A DNA stretch of 64,000 nt from Candidatus Giovannonibacteria bacterium. Its GTDB lineage: Bacteria; Patescibacteriota; Minisyncoccia; UBA11713; 2-01-FULL-45-33. A program made the position numbers and the translations under genes. Shown here one piece after another: positions 1 to 8,522 of the stretch (position 1 is its first letter; each line of letters begins with the position of its first letter). The stretch lies in NCBI GenBank assembly GCA_016432405.1, contig CP066687.1, positions 150,281 to 214,280 of the forward strand. The letters run 5' to 3'. Under the pieces are notes generated by a model, which was not told where the DNA came from, did not search any database, and worked only from the letters and a program-made list of their open reading frames with translations.

Positions 1-2
1 AT

Positions 3-101
3 TTTATCTCGGAGGTTTTTGATATCGGGAAATGTGTCCATTATTTTGAGGCAACGTACTTTGATGACAAAGCCAAACTGGAACTTCAATTTCCTAATTT
101 A
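3..101 (+). CDS. 3' end (33 codons) of an upstream gene truncated by the window start; product unknown
   Basis: Open frame from window edge to TAA at 99-101 (…FDIGKCVHYFEATYFDDKAKLELQFPNL*); immediately upstream of pilC. Confidence 0.25.
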
Positions 102-230
102 TAATAGATCATGAGCGCAGTGTCACGCGTCGTTGCATTTGGTTATAAAATGCGATCGCCTATTATAGATTAGTAAATTTTAGTAAATTAGTGAAGCAGA
201 AAGCTTTAAAGCGTGATAAAATAAATCCGT

Positions 231-1457
231 ATGCCAATCTATCATTACAGGGCGCGGGATAAGGACGGGGGAGACGTTGAAGGAAATCGCGAGGCGAAAG
301 ACCAATACGTCCTTGCGCACGCTCTCCGCGCCGAGGGAATGACGCCGCTTTTTGTTTCGGAGGCGGCGTCGGCCGGAGCAAAAAAAATCGCGCTCAAAAA
401 TTACATTCCCGCTTTTTTGCAGAGAGTCTCGCTGGAAGAAAAACTGAATTTTACCAGAAACACTGCCGTGATGATCGGCGCCGGGGTCGGCCTTTCAAAA
501 GCGCTGGAAGTGATGGCAAGGCAGGCGCAAAACGAAAAATTCAAAAAAGTCATCGCGGAAATGGGAGAAACCATAAAACGCGGCAAGACCTTCTCGGAGG
601 CGTTAGGAGAGCATCCGGACATTTTCCCTAAATTTTATCAGGAAATGGCCCGCGCCGGGGAAAAATCCGGAAAACTTGAGGGATCGCTGAAACTGGTCGC
701 GCTACAGCTCAAAAAAGATTACGCACTTCGGCGCAAAGTCCGCGGAGCGATGGTTTACCCGATTATAGTCGTCATCGCCATGGTCGGCATAGGAATTTTA
801 ATGCTTCTGTACGTTGTCCCGACGCTGGTTTCCACGTTTGAAGAATTGAAAGTTGAGCTTCCTCTTTCCACCAGGTTCATAATTTTCATAAGCAAGTCAA
901 TTTTAGAAAGCGGTTTTATTTTTTTGCTTGGAGCGGCCATCTTGGGCTACCTCGCCTACCGCTTGGTAAAATCCTCCGGAGGCAAGGCGCGGATAGACTG
1001 GGTTTTCGCGCGCGCTCCGGTAATTGGAGGCATCAATCAAAAGTTCAACGCCGCGCGGACCTGCAGGACTTTAAGCTCGCTTATTTCATCCGGCGTTGAA
1101 ATTTTGGAAGCGATTTCCATAACCAAGGAGGTCTTGCAAAACCATCTTTATCAAAATGTCCTGGAGGACGCGCGCGGCAAGATACAAAAAGGCGAAACGA
1201 TAGCGAAAGCGTTTTTGTCTTCCGGAGACATTTATCCCCCGCTTGTCGGGGAAATGGTGGCGATTGGAGAAGAAACCGGCGAGCTTTCAGGGATGCTTTT
1301 GCGGCTCGCCGCTTTCTACGAAGGAGAAGTCGCGCAGGCAACAAAGGATTTATCAACAATCATTGAGCCCTTAATGATGATTATTATAGGAGCCGTCGTG
1401 GGGTTTTTCGCCGTCGCCATGATTTCCCCGATGTATAATTTAGTCGGAGCGTTTTAA
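231..1457 (+). CDS. pilC: Type IV pilus / type II secretion platform protein (GspF/PilC family)
   Basis: 408 aa, two GspF-like repeats, three TM segments, polytopic membrane protein at head of pseudopilin operon. Confidence 0.88.
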   Translation: MPIYHYRARDKDGGDVEGNREAKDQYVLAHALRAEGMTPLFVSEAASAGAKKIALKNYIPAFLQRVSLEEKLNFTRNTAVMIGAGVGLSKALEVMARQAQNEKFKKVIAEMGETIKRGKTFSEALGEHPDIFPKFYQEMARAGEKSGKLEGSLKLVALQLKKDYALRRKVRGAMVYPIIVVIAMVGIGILMLLYVVPTLVSTFEELKVELPLSTRFIIFISKSILESGFIFLLGAAILGYLAYRLVKSSGGKARIDWVFARAPVIGGINQKFNAARTCRTLSSLISSGVEILEAISITKEVLQNHLYQNVLEDARGKIQKGETIAKAFLSSGDIYPPLVGEMVAIGEETGELSGMLLRLAAFYEGEVAQATKDLSTIIEPLMMIIIGAVVGFFAVAMISPMYNLVGAF

Positions 1458-1459
1458 AC

Positions 1460-1906
1460 ATGAAAGGCGCGACATTGCTTGAACTTCTCTTGAGCATTTT
1501 CGTGGTCGCTGTTATCGCCGGCATTCTGGTGTCGGCCTTTGGCGTGTTCCGCGAATCAAACGATTTGCGCGTCGCGCAAAATACGATTGTTGGCATGCTC
1601 AAAGACGCGCGTAGCCGCGCGATCGCCTCGGAAAGCAATTCCGTTTACGGCGTGCATTTTGAAACGGCCAAATCTGTCCTTTTCAAAGGCGCCGCCTACA
1701 ACGTCTCCGACCCGGCAAACGAAACTTATACTCTCTCGCCCTCGCTCCAGATAAGCAATATAAATCTGGCGGGGGGGACGTCCGACGCAGTTTTTTCGCG
1801 GCTTCAAGGAACAACCACTTCTTTCGGAACAATCACTTTGTCTTCAAAAAACGCTCCGTCAAAAACCCGCGTTATAATCATTTATCAAACCGGCCTGGCG
1901 CAATAG
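1460..1906 (+). CDS. Prepilin-type N-terminal cleavage/methylation domain pseudopilin
   Basis: N-terminus MKGATLLELLLSIFVVAVIAGIL (class III signal: G-T/F-x-x-E then hydrophobic helix). Confidence 0.75.
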   Translation: MKGATLLELLLSIFVVAVIAGILVSAFGVFRESNDLRVAQNTIVGMLKDARSRAIASESNSVYGVHFETAKSVLFKGAAYNVSDPANETYTLSPSLQISNINLAGGTSDAVFSRLQGTTTSFGTITLSSKNAPSKTRVIIIYQTGLAQ

Positions 1907-1924
1907 TGTGCTAAAATAAAACCA

Positions 1925-2407
1925 ATGAAACAGCGCGGGTTCGGGCTTTTGGAAATTGTCATTGCAGTGTCTTTAATCAGCGGGACGATTTTTTCTTTGG
2001 CCTTTGTTTTTTTGTTGGCGAACAAGCTGGAGGTGCGCGCTTCCAACCAGGTCCGAGCAAATTTTTTAGCCGAGGAGGGCCTGGAGGTTCTTCGCTCTTT
2101 GCGCGATAAATCCTGGTCGGACAATTTGGCGTCTCTCAACGCCGGAACCACTTATTATCTTTCTTTCAATCCGGTCAGTTCAAGCTGGAGCGTGACCACT
2201 TCAAACCCCGGGCTTATTGACGGCGTCTACGCCCGTTCTTTCGCCGTCGCCTCCGTGAACCGCGACGACTCTGACAATATTGTAAGCTCGGGCGGGACAT
2301 TGGACCCGAACACGAAAGAATTCCGCGTCAGCGTTTCCTGGCAGGAGCGCGGGGTTTATTCCACGACGACCGTGAGCACTTATTTATCGGATATTTTTCA
2401 AAATTGA
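1925..2407 (+). CDS. Pseudopilin (prepilin-type N-terminal domain)
   Basis: N-terminus MKQRGFGLLEIVIAVSLISG; E at +5 after G, hydrophobic helix. Confidence 0.7.
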   Translation: MKQRGFGLLEIVIAVSLISGTIFSLAFVFLLANKLEVRASNQVRANFLAEEGLEVLRSLRDKSWSDNLASLNAGTTYYLSFNPVSSSWSVTTSNPGLIDGVYARSFAVASVNRDDSDNIVSSGGTLDPNTKEFRVSVSWQERGVYSTTTVSTYLSDIFQN

Positions 2408-2880
2408 TGCCGCGCGGGTACACAATTTTAGAAACGGTCGTCTACATCGGGATTCTCGCCGTAATAGCCGTGCTGGCGCTTGGCGCGATTCTTTCCGTAT
2501 ACCAAAGTTTTGCCAAAACGCAGATTGAAAGAAAGCTGGCCTTAAGCGGAGACGTCGCGCTGGAGACGATGGTAAAAGAGCTGCGCGCCGCCACGACCAC
2601 CAGCCCCGCCGGCGTATTTGGCGCAAGCCCCGGCGCGCTGCAGCTGGGACCGAAAAGATTTTTCATTTCCGGCAGCACGCTTCAAGTAAAAGACGGCGCC
2701 GGAAGCCTGGAGAATCTCACCGCTTCCGATGTCACCGTCTCTGCTCTGATTTTCTATAAAACCGCTTCAACCAACTCCGAGATTGTCAAAATAGAAATGG
2801 CGCTCCAGGCAGGCAGCGGGATATTTTCAAAAACTAAAAACTTTTACGGCAGCGCAGTGTTAAGAGGAAACTATAAATGA
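2404..2880 (+). CDS. Pseudopilin (prepilin-type N-terminal domain)
   Basis: N-terminus MMPRGYTILETVVYIGILAVIAVLAL; 4-nt overlap with neighbours (operon). Confidence 0.7.
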   Translation: MMPRGYTILETVVYIGILAVIAVLALGAILSVYQSFAKTQIERKLALSGDVALETMVKELRAATTTSPAGVFGASPGALQLGPKRFFISGSTLQVKDGAGSLENLTASDVTVSALIFYKTASTNSEIVKIEMALQAGSGIFSKTKNFYGSAVLRGNYK

Positions 2881-4091
2881 AAAAGGGGCAAGCAGCACTA
2901 ATAGCGGTGATTTTGATGCTGATTATAATGCTCTCGGCGGTTTTCGGGGCTTCAGCGGTCGCGCTCACGGAATCGCGCGCCGCCAACAAATCGCTCAATT
3001 CAAGATTTTCCTTTTTTGCCGCGGAAGCCGGGGTGGACGACGCGGTTTACCGGCTAAAGCGCGGCAAAAACCTGCCTTCGTCTTTTACCATTAACTTAAA
3101 CGGCGCCTCGGCCCCGACGACGGTGGCAACCAACGGAGGGGTTAAAGAAATAAAATCAGTCGGGGCGTATTTCGGCGCAACCAGAGCGGCGCGGGCCACG
3201 CTTTCCAATTCAACCGGCGTTTCATTTTACTACGGCGTGCAGGTGGGAGAGGGCGGGCTTGAGATGGAGCAGAATTCGGAGGTCCGGGGAGCGGGCGGCG
3301 CGGCGGGAAGCGTTTATTCCAATGGCAATATTGAAGGCGAGAATGGTTCGACTATAACCGGCGACGCTTTTTTAGCGGGAGCTTCCACGATTTCGGGTGT
3401 GACGGTAGGTGGAAATATTCAAACTGGCCAATCGTCTTTGCCGATGCCGATTCCGGATGCCGTGATTCAAGCCTGGAAAAACGACGCGGCGGCAGGCGGA
3501 ACCATCACTGGAAATTGCGGGGACAACGGCTCTCTGGGATGCAACATCGACAATAACGGCACGCTTCCTTTGGGTCCTAAAAAAATAAACGGCAATCTCG
3601 TTTTAACCAAAAAACAAACTTTAATTGTAACCGGAACGCTATATTTCACAGGCCACTTGGATATGGACAGCTCATCCGGCGCCGCAATAAAATGCGACCC
3701 GTCTTTTGGAACCAATAGCTGTATAGTGATTTTTGACGGCTGGATGCATATTAAAAATAATTCAGTCTTTCAGGGATCCGGAACTGCTGGAAGCTATATT
3801 CTTGTTTTAACTACCCTGCAGAATTGCAACGGACAAGACGGCGCGTCCGGATGCACGCATCACAATGCAGGCATAGATTTGCACAACAATGCCACTGGCG
3901 CGATATTTTATGCCGGAGATTCAATGATTAATTTGCATAACGGCGTAGGCGTTACAGAGCTTACCGCTTATAAATTACAATTGGACAATAACGCCGTCGT
4001 AACTTATGAACAGGGCTTGGCCAACGCTAATTTTTCTTCCGGACCCTCCGGCGGCTGGGATATTACCGGCTGGGCGGAAGTTGTGCCATAA
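2877..4091 (+). CDS. PilX-like large minor pilin with Gly/Asn-rich (beta-helix-like) C-terminal region
   Basis: N-terminus KGQAALIAVILMLIIMLSAVFGASAVALTESRAANKSLN resembles PilX_N; 404 aa. Confidence 0.55.
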   Translation: MKKGQAALIAVILMLIIMLSAVFGASAVALTESRAANKSLNSRFSFFAAEAGVDDAVYRLKRGKNLPSSFTINLNGASAPTTVATNGGVKEIKSVGAYFGATRAARATLSNSTGVSFYYGVQVGEGGLEMEQNSEVRGAGGAAGSVYSNGNIEGENGSTITGDAFLAGASTISGVTVGGNIQTGQSSLPMPIPDAVIQAWKNDAAAGGTITGNCGDNGSLGCNIDNNGTLPLGPKKINGNLVLTKKQTLIVTGTLYFTGHLDMDSSSGAAIKCDPSFGTNSCIVIFDGWMHIKNNSVFQGSGTAGSYILVLTTLQNCNGQDGASGCTHHNAGIDLHNNATGAIFYAGDSMINLHNGVGVTELTAYKLQLDNNAVVTYEQGLANANFSSGPSGGWDITGWAEVVP

Positions 4092-4098
4092 TCAATAT

Positions 4099-5157
4099 AT
4101 GAAAATCCCGATGCCGAATTTTTTAAAGCTCCCCATCTACGCTTTTGAGCTTTCGGACAGGTCGTACAAATATCTGCGGCTTGGCGAAGTGCGCGGAGGG
4201 ACGGTTGTGAACGATTTTGGCGAAGGGGAAATTGCCGCGGGGGTGATTGAACACGGAGAAATCAAAAAAAGGGACGTGCTTGCGCCTCTCTTGAAAGAAC
4301 TTTTTTTAAAAAAGGACATAAGGTTCGTGGCCGTTTCTTTGCCGGAAGAAAAAGGATTTCTGGAAAATGTCCAGTTGGCCGGAGTAAAAGAAGAAGAGAT
4401 CAGGCAAGCGCTTGAGCTGCAGTTGGAGGAGCATATCCCCCTGCCTCCGGGCGACGTCTTATTTGATCACGAGCTTGCCCGCAAAGACAAAAATCATTTT
4501 GATGTGGTCATAAACGCTTTCCCCAGGACGCTCGTGGAAAGTTATCTTGATACTTTTTATTCAGCAGGCGCGCTGCCAACTTTTACGGAGTCGGAGCTTG
4601 CGGCCTCGGCGAGAGCGCTCATTCCGCAAAATTTCAGAGGCACCGCGATGGTTATAGACTGGGGTAAAACCCGCACCAGCTTCTATATAGTTGAGGACGG
4701 GCGCCTTCGCTTTGCCTCCACTATCAACATAGGCGGAGAGTCGCTTGATGCGGCCATCGCGAAAACCTTGGGCGTCAGCCAAAAAGAGGCGGAGAATTTA
4801 AAAATCAAAAATGGGTTGCTGCAGAATCAGGATTCCCTTCAGGTTTTCCAAGCCATCATCCCGACCGTGACGGCGCTTCGGGAAGAAGCGGAGAAATACA
4901 TAAACTTTTGGCAAACACATTCCGAAAACAAAAAATTCCCGGAGAAAATTTTCCTCTCCGGCGGCGACGCCAATATGAAGGGGCTTGCGGAACATTTTGC
5001 GGAAGAACTCGGTGCGGAAACCGCCGTGGCGAATCCATGGGTCAATGTTAAATTTCCAAAATATTATCTGCCGGATATCACCAGGCAGCATGCGGTGCGT
5101 TTTTCGGCGTCAATCGGCCTTTCATTGGCGGCTAAAGAAAGAGAAGAAACGATATAA
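4099..5157 (+). CDS. pilM: Type IV pilus assembly protein PilM (actin-like ATPase fold)
   Basis: Start chosen at in-frame ATG 4099 (MKIPMPNFLKLPIYAFELSDRSYKYLRLGEV…); PilM-like length and motifs. Confidence 0.82.
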   Translation: MKIPMPNFLKLPIYAFELSDRSYKYLRLGEVRGGTVVNDFGEGEIAAGVIEHGEIKKRDVLAPLLKELFLKKDIRFVAVSLPEEKGFLENVQLAGVKEEEIRQALELQLEEHIPLPPGDVLFDHELARKDKNHFDVVINAFPRTLVESYLDTFYSAGALPTFTESELAASARALIPQNFRGTAMVIDWGKTRTSFYIVEDGRLRFASTINIGGESLDAAIAKTLGVSQKEAENLKIKNGLLQNQDSLQVFQAIIPTVTALREEAEKYINFWQTHSENKKFPEKIFLSGGDANMKGLAEHFAEELGAETAVANPWVNVKFPKYYLPDITRQHAVRFSASIGLSLAAKEREETI

Positions 5158-5158
5158 T

Positions 5159-5728
5159 ATGTATTTACTCACGCCGGCTTACGAAAAGGAGTTTAGAAAA
5201 GAAAAAATCGCGAGAGTCTCGGTAAGCTTTCTGGCTATGCTGATATTGGTTGCGGCGGCAGGTTTTATTTTCATGCTTCCTTCTTATTTCGTGTCGGTTT
5301 TTTCAAAAGATTATATTCTGCGGCAACTTAAAGCCGGGGAAGAGGTTTTCGCAAGAAAAGAATTCAAGAGTCTGGAAGAGCGGGTTGCCGGCGCCAACTC
5401 CCTGATATTTGCTTTTGAAAGAAACGAGGCCAAAAGATATCCGCTTTCCCCAATTCTTCAAAAAATCGCCCTCCGGACGCCGCCTGAAATCAGGATTGAC
5501 TCAATTAACTTCGGCCGGGCCGGCCGAGAAGAAAACATATTCAGTTTCGGAATCCAGGGCGAGGCGGACTCGCGCGAAGACCTTTTGAAATATATTGAGG
5601 TTCTGCGGAGCATGGAGGAATTCGCCTCGGTAAATTCGCCGGTCACCAATCTGCTTAAAGAAAACCGCGCGTCTTTTTTCTTGGACATTAAAATTAAACC
5701 GGAGCGCTACAAATATGCAGAGGAGTAA
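5159..5728 (+). CDS. pilN: PilN-like fimbrial assembly protein (single N-terminal TM)
   Basis: Start at internal ATG 5159 (MYLLTPAYEKEFRKEKIARVSVSFLAMLILVAAAGFIF…); position after pilM. Confidence 0.6.
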   Translation: MYLLTPAYEKEFRKEKIARVSVSFLAMLILVAAAGFIFMLPSYFVSVFSKDYILRQLKAGEEVFARKEFKSLEERVAGANSLIFAFERNEAKRYPLSPILQKIALRTPPEIRIDSINFGRAGREENIFSFGIQGEADSREDLLKYIEVLRSMEEFASVNSPVTNLLKENRASFFLDIKIKPERYKYAEE

Positions 5729-6251
5729 AAAATGGTTTTGGGCCGCAGCCGCGCTGGAGACGCTGTTTTTGGCGGCGGTTTTGGGGTTCGGCTGGCTCAC
5801 CTACGTAAAAATGTCCGCCGCTTCAAAAATAATTTCCGAGGCGGAGGCGAAAATGGCGGCTTTGGAGCAAAAAGAGCGGGAATTTGCGGCTTCGGAGGCG
5901 AACATAAAAGAGCTGGCCGGAGACATAGCCCTTTTGGAGAATTCTTTTTTGTCCGAGGGCTCGTTTGTGAAATTCATTGAGCTTTTGGAAGACGCGGCGC
6001 GGAAAACCGGCGTCAGGTTTTCCGCGCAAAACGCCCGCCTTCCATCCTCGGCCAAAGAAAAGGCCAGCATGACTTTTGAAATCACTGGCACCTTCAGAGT
6101 GGTTTTTAATTTCATTTCGCTTTTGGACAAAATACCTTACGCCGGGCTCGTGGAAAGCGCCTCCTTCTCTCCTAAAATAGAACAAGGGCAAAAGCGCACC
6201 GGGGAAATTACCGCCAAAATAAATTACATAATTTTTAACTACAATTTATGA
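5715..6251 (+). CDS. pilO: PilO-like pilus assembly protein (TM + coiled coil)
   Basis: N-terminal TM, coiled-coil segment EAEAKMAALEQKEREFAASEANIKELAGDIALLE; gene order pilMNO. Confidence 0.5.
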   Translation: MQRSKKWFWAAAALETLFLAAVLGFGWLTYVKMSAASKIISEAEAKMAALEQKEREFAASEANIKELAGDIALLENSFLSEGSFVKFIELLEDAARKTGVRFSAQNARLPSSAKEKASMTFEITGTFRVVFNFISLLDKIPYAGLVESASFSPKIEQGQKRTGEITAKINYIIFNYNL

Positions 6252-6526
6252 ATTTTAAGGAATGGATACCAAAAAGACGGGGGCCGATGACCATAGCCGG
6301 CATTTGGACAGCCGGAGTGGTTGCAGCGCTCGCCCTGCTCTCGGCGGCGCTCTGGGCGGATTTTCTGCTTTACAAAAATTTTGTTTCTGAAAAGGAAACG
6401 GCGGCGACGGAATGGAGCGCAGCCGCGCTCAAAAAAATCAATCTGGAAAGGGCGGGCAAAAAACTTCGCGAAGAAAAATCCTTTCTGGACAATCCAACAT
6501 TCCCGTTTGTAGAAAGCCCTTTTTAG
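6248..6526 (+). CDS. Small membrane protein, pilus-cluster associated (hypothetical)
   Basis: 92 aa, one TM (IAGIWTAGVVAALALLSAALWADFLL), overlaps pilO stop. Confidence 0.4.
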   Translation: MNFKEWIPKRRGPMTIAGIWTAGVVAALALLSAALWADFLLYKNFVSEKETAATEWSAAALKKINLERAGKKLREEKSFLDNPTFPFVESPF

Positions 6527-6553
6527 CGCTATAATTTCCTAGTTTGAAATATT

Positions 6554-6625
6554 CCCCTCGTAGCTTAACGGACAAAGCGGCGCTCTTCTAAGGCGTTGAT
6601 GGGGGTTCAATTCCCTCCGAGGGGA
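6554..6625 (+). tRNA. tRNA-Arg (anticodon TCT)
   Basis: Cloverleaf by eye: acceptor CCCCTCG/CGAGGGG, D stem GCTT/AAGC, anticodon loop CTTCTAA, T loop TTCAATT. Confidence 0.7.
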
Positions 6626-6640
6626 CAAGATAAAAATAAA

Positions 6641-6668
6641 AAGCAGGGGAGAATTCCCTGTCTCTCCC
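6641..6668 (-). terminator. Intrinsic terminator oriented for the reverse strand
   Basis: 9-bp stem CAGGGGAGA/TCTCCCCTG with 10-nt loop; U-run (CTTTTTATTTTTA) follows on the reverse strand only. Confidence 0.6.
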
Positions 6669-6856
6669 CTGTGAGTTGATGCGCCTTCAACGAGGCGCCA
6701 TTGTTATCTTTTCAGCCCGGAGTATCTAATTCCGAGCCGCCTTCCTGCCTCCATCCTCGGTCGCCTTTTTGGGCGTGGGCTGGCGGTTTTTGAGCCGTCT
6801 GGTAGCGGCTCGTTACCATACAGGTACGCCAGTGCGACCTTACCCGAACGTGCCCA

Positions 6857-6952
6857 TTACCAGACGGACGCGATGATCTCCGCTTTGTTGACCTTCGCCT
6901 TCTGCGTCAGTGCCAGCTGGAGACACGCGTCGGGTGCGCGTATGCGCTTCAT
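6857..6952 (-). CDS. Small ORF (31 aa, MKRIRAPDACLQLALTQKAKVNKAEIIASVW) with strong SD; part of a GC-rich reverse-strand transcript
   Basis: GGAGGTG 7 nt upstream of ATG; below ORF-track size cut-off; G/C-ending codon usage atypical for this genome. Confidence 0.35.
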   Translation of the reverse strand: MKRIRAPDACLQLALTQKAKVNKAEIIASVW

Positions 6953-6975
6953 AAAATCACCTCCTTCCGCTTTTA

Positions 6976-7003
6976 ATTTTAGCAACTTGCCAGACGCAGT
7001 CAA
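6976..7003 (-). promoter_or_regulatory. Sigma70-like promoter TTGACT-N16-TAAAAT for the reverse-strand small gene
   Basis: Reverse-strand reading: TTGACTgcgtctggcaagttgcTAAAAT, about 25 nt upstream of the SD/ATG. Confidence 0.5.
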
Positions 7004-7058
7004 GTTTGATATCCACAATAGAAATTGATAGAATTTTAATTATTTTGAGCGTGCCTGC

Positions 7059-7130
7059 GGGCCTATAGTTCAGTGGCAGAACGCATCCATGGCATGGATG
7101 AGGCGGGAGTCCGATTCTCCCTAGGTCCAA
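7059..7130 (+). tRNA. tRNA-Ala (anticodon GGC)
   Basis: Acceptor GGGCCTA/TAGGTCC with G3:U70 Ala identity pair; anticodon loop ATGGCAT. Confidence 0.8.
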
Positions 7131-7193
7131 AACAATAATTCTTATATTTTGTCAAGGTGGCGAGATTTTAGCGTCGTGGTATTATAACTAATC

Positions 7194-7778
7194 ATGTATT
7201 TGGAAGCCGAAAGGCCGTTAAATGAAATTCCCGACGAGGTGATTTTAAGAAAATCGCTTGCGAACCCGTCGCTTTTTTCCGTTTTGATTGATAAATACCA
7301 GATTCCTTTTGTAAGGAAAGCGCAGGGAATTGTGCATTCCAAAGACGAAGCGGAGGATATTGTCCAGGAGACCTTCACGAAAATTTATCTAAACGCCAGA
7401 AAATTCAAAAAACAGCCCGGGGTGGAGTTCAAAAGCTGGGCCTGGCGGATTTTGGTGAACACCTCGCTTACCCATTACCGCAAGCTCAAAAAGACCTTCG
7501 GCGACGTTGGGTATTTGGACGAAATTTTATCCGGAGACGAAGAGGCCGAGGCGCTTTTCGCGGTGGAAGACACTCTGGACAGGGACGAAAATATCGCCGG
7601 GGTCAGGGACGCCATTGAAAAAATGCCTCCCGAGGCGGCCGAGCTGCTACGGGCGCATTATGTGCAGGACCGCCCCTACGCCGAAATAGCCAGAAAACAC
7701 GGCATTTCCATAGGGGCATTAAAGATGAAACTTTTTCGCGCCCGCAAGGTTTTAAAGGATGTAATCAAGGAAGTATAA
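7194..7778 (+). CDS. RNA polymerase sigma-70 family, ECF-type sigma factor
   Basis: Region 2 (…EDIVQETFTKIYLNARKF…WAWRILVNT) and region 4 HTH (YAEIARKHGISIGALKMKLFRARKVLK). Confidence 0.85.
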   Translation: MYLEAERPLNEIPDEVILRKSLANPSLFSVLIDKYQIPFVRKAQGIVHSKDEAEDIVQETFTKIYLNARKFKKQPGVEFKSWAWRILVNTSLTHYRKLKKTFGDVGYLDEILSGDEEAEALFAVEDTLDRDENIAGVRDAIEKMPPEAAELLRAHYVQDRPYAEIARKHGISIGALKMKLFRARKVLKDVIKEV

Positions 7779-7791
7779 AAGCATAAATAAT

Positions 7792-8148
7792 ATGGCTGCT
7801 AGCTTAAAAACAAAAATAATGAGGCGGGTTTACGCAATCTGGTTTGTCCGGAGGGTTTTGCCGACCGGTTTTGCCAGCGCGTTTTTCATGAACGTGGCGC
7901 TGAAAAAGACGGCAGAGCGCTTTTTCGTATCGCAGATTTTCGCGAATTTTTACGCCGTGGCGAAGGCGAATATCTGGGCTGTGCCGAATTTTATCGCTTC
8001 CGCTTTCAATAATGTTGAGCCGTCGGTTTTAGTGCTTATCTCCATCGCCGGCCTTCTAGGCTTCAGTTTGGCTATTGAGCTTTGGAGGAGCGTTCGCAGC
8101 GTTGCCGCGGGGGCGCAGCTTGCCGCATTAAGCGCGCGCAGCAAATAA
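7792..8148 (+). CDS. Hydrophobic membrane protein following ECF sigma (possible anti-sigma; hypothetical)
   Basis: 118 aa, several hydrophobic segments; position only. Confidence 0.35.
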   Translation: MAASLKTKIMRRVYAIWFVRRVLPTGFASAFFMNVALKKTAERFFVSQIFANFYAVAKANIWAVPNFIASAFNNVEPSVLVLISIAGLLGFSLAIELWRSVRSVAAGAQLAALSARSK

Positions 8149-8184
8149 CGGCAAAAAATTTAAAAAAGGTCGGTTTAAAATCAG

Positions 8185-8216
8185 AAAACCTCCCCGATGG
8201 GGAGGTTTTCTTTGTT
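8185..8216 (+). terminator. Intrinsic terminator
   Basis: AAACCTCCCC-GAT-GGGGAGGTTT hairpin followed by TCTTTGTTTTATTTT. Confidence 0.75.
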
Positions 8217-8366
8217 TTATTTTAGATTTAGATAGTACCATACTTTTGCTATCGCCGAAGTATGGTCATAAGAAGCAAGGACACATTATTTTAATTTCGG
8301 TAGGGGTGAGATTCCCCGCCTGCCAAAGCTGCGCTTAGGCGTTGCGGGCAGGGAACTCACGATCGG

Positions 8367-8455
8367 GGCGGAGGCGGGAGGATTCGAACCTCCGAGCCGC
8401 TTGCGCGGCTTCCGGTTTTCAAGACCGGTGCCTTCAACCGCTCAGCCACGCCTCC
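8367..8455 (-). tRNA. tRNA-Ser (anticodon TGA)
   Basis: Reverse complement GGAGGCGTGGCTGAGCGG…CTTGAAA…long variable arm…GGTTCGAATCCTCCCGCCTCCG. Confidence 0.85.
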
Positions 8456-8522
8456 GCGCTCCAAACAAGTTTAGCGCGTTTTTCTTTCATTTTCAATAAA
8501 AGCGTTCTATACTCTAAATACT

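Noticed and set aside
163-381. 72-aa minus-strand ORF overlapping the pilC start
   Set aside because: Antisense to a well-supported pilC gene; no SD, no domain; typical spurious ORF
6690-7010. Possibility that the GC-rich tRNA-flanked block is tmRNA, RNase P RNA or SRP RNA
   Set aside because: No tRNA-like T-arm/acceptor or tag-peptide frame (tmRNA). Only weak partial resemblance to RNase P CR-I/CR-II and none to SRP domain IV motifs. Left as unclassified structured RNA/small gene
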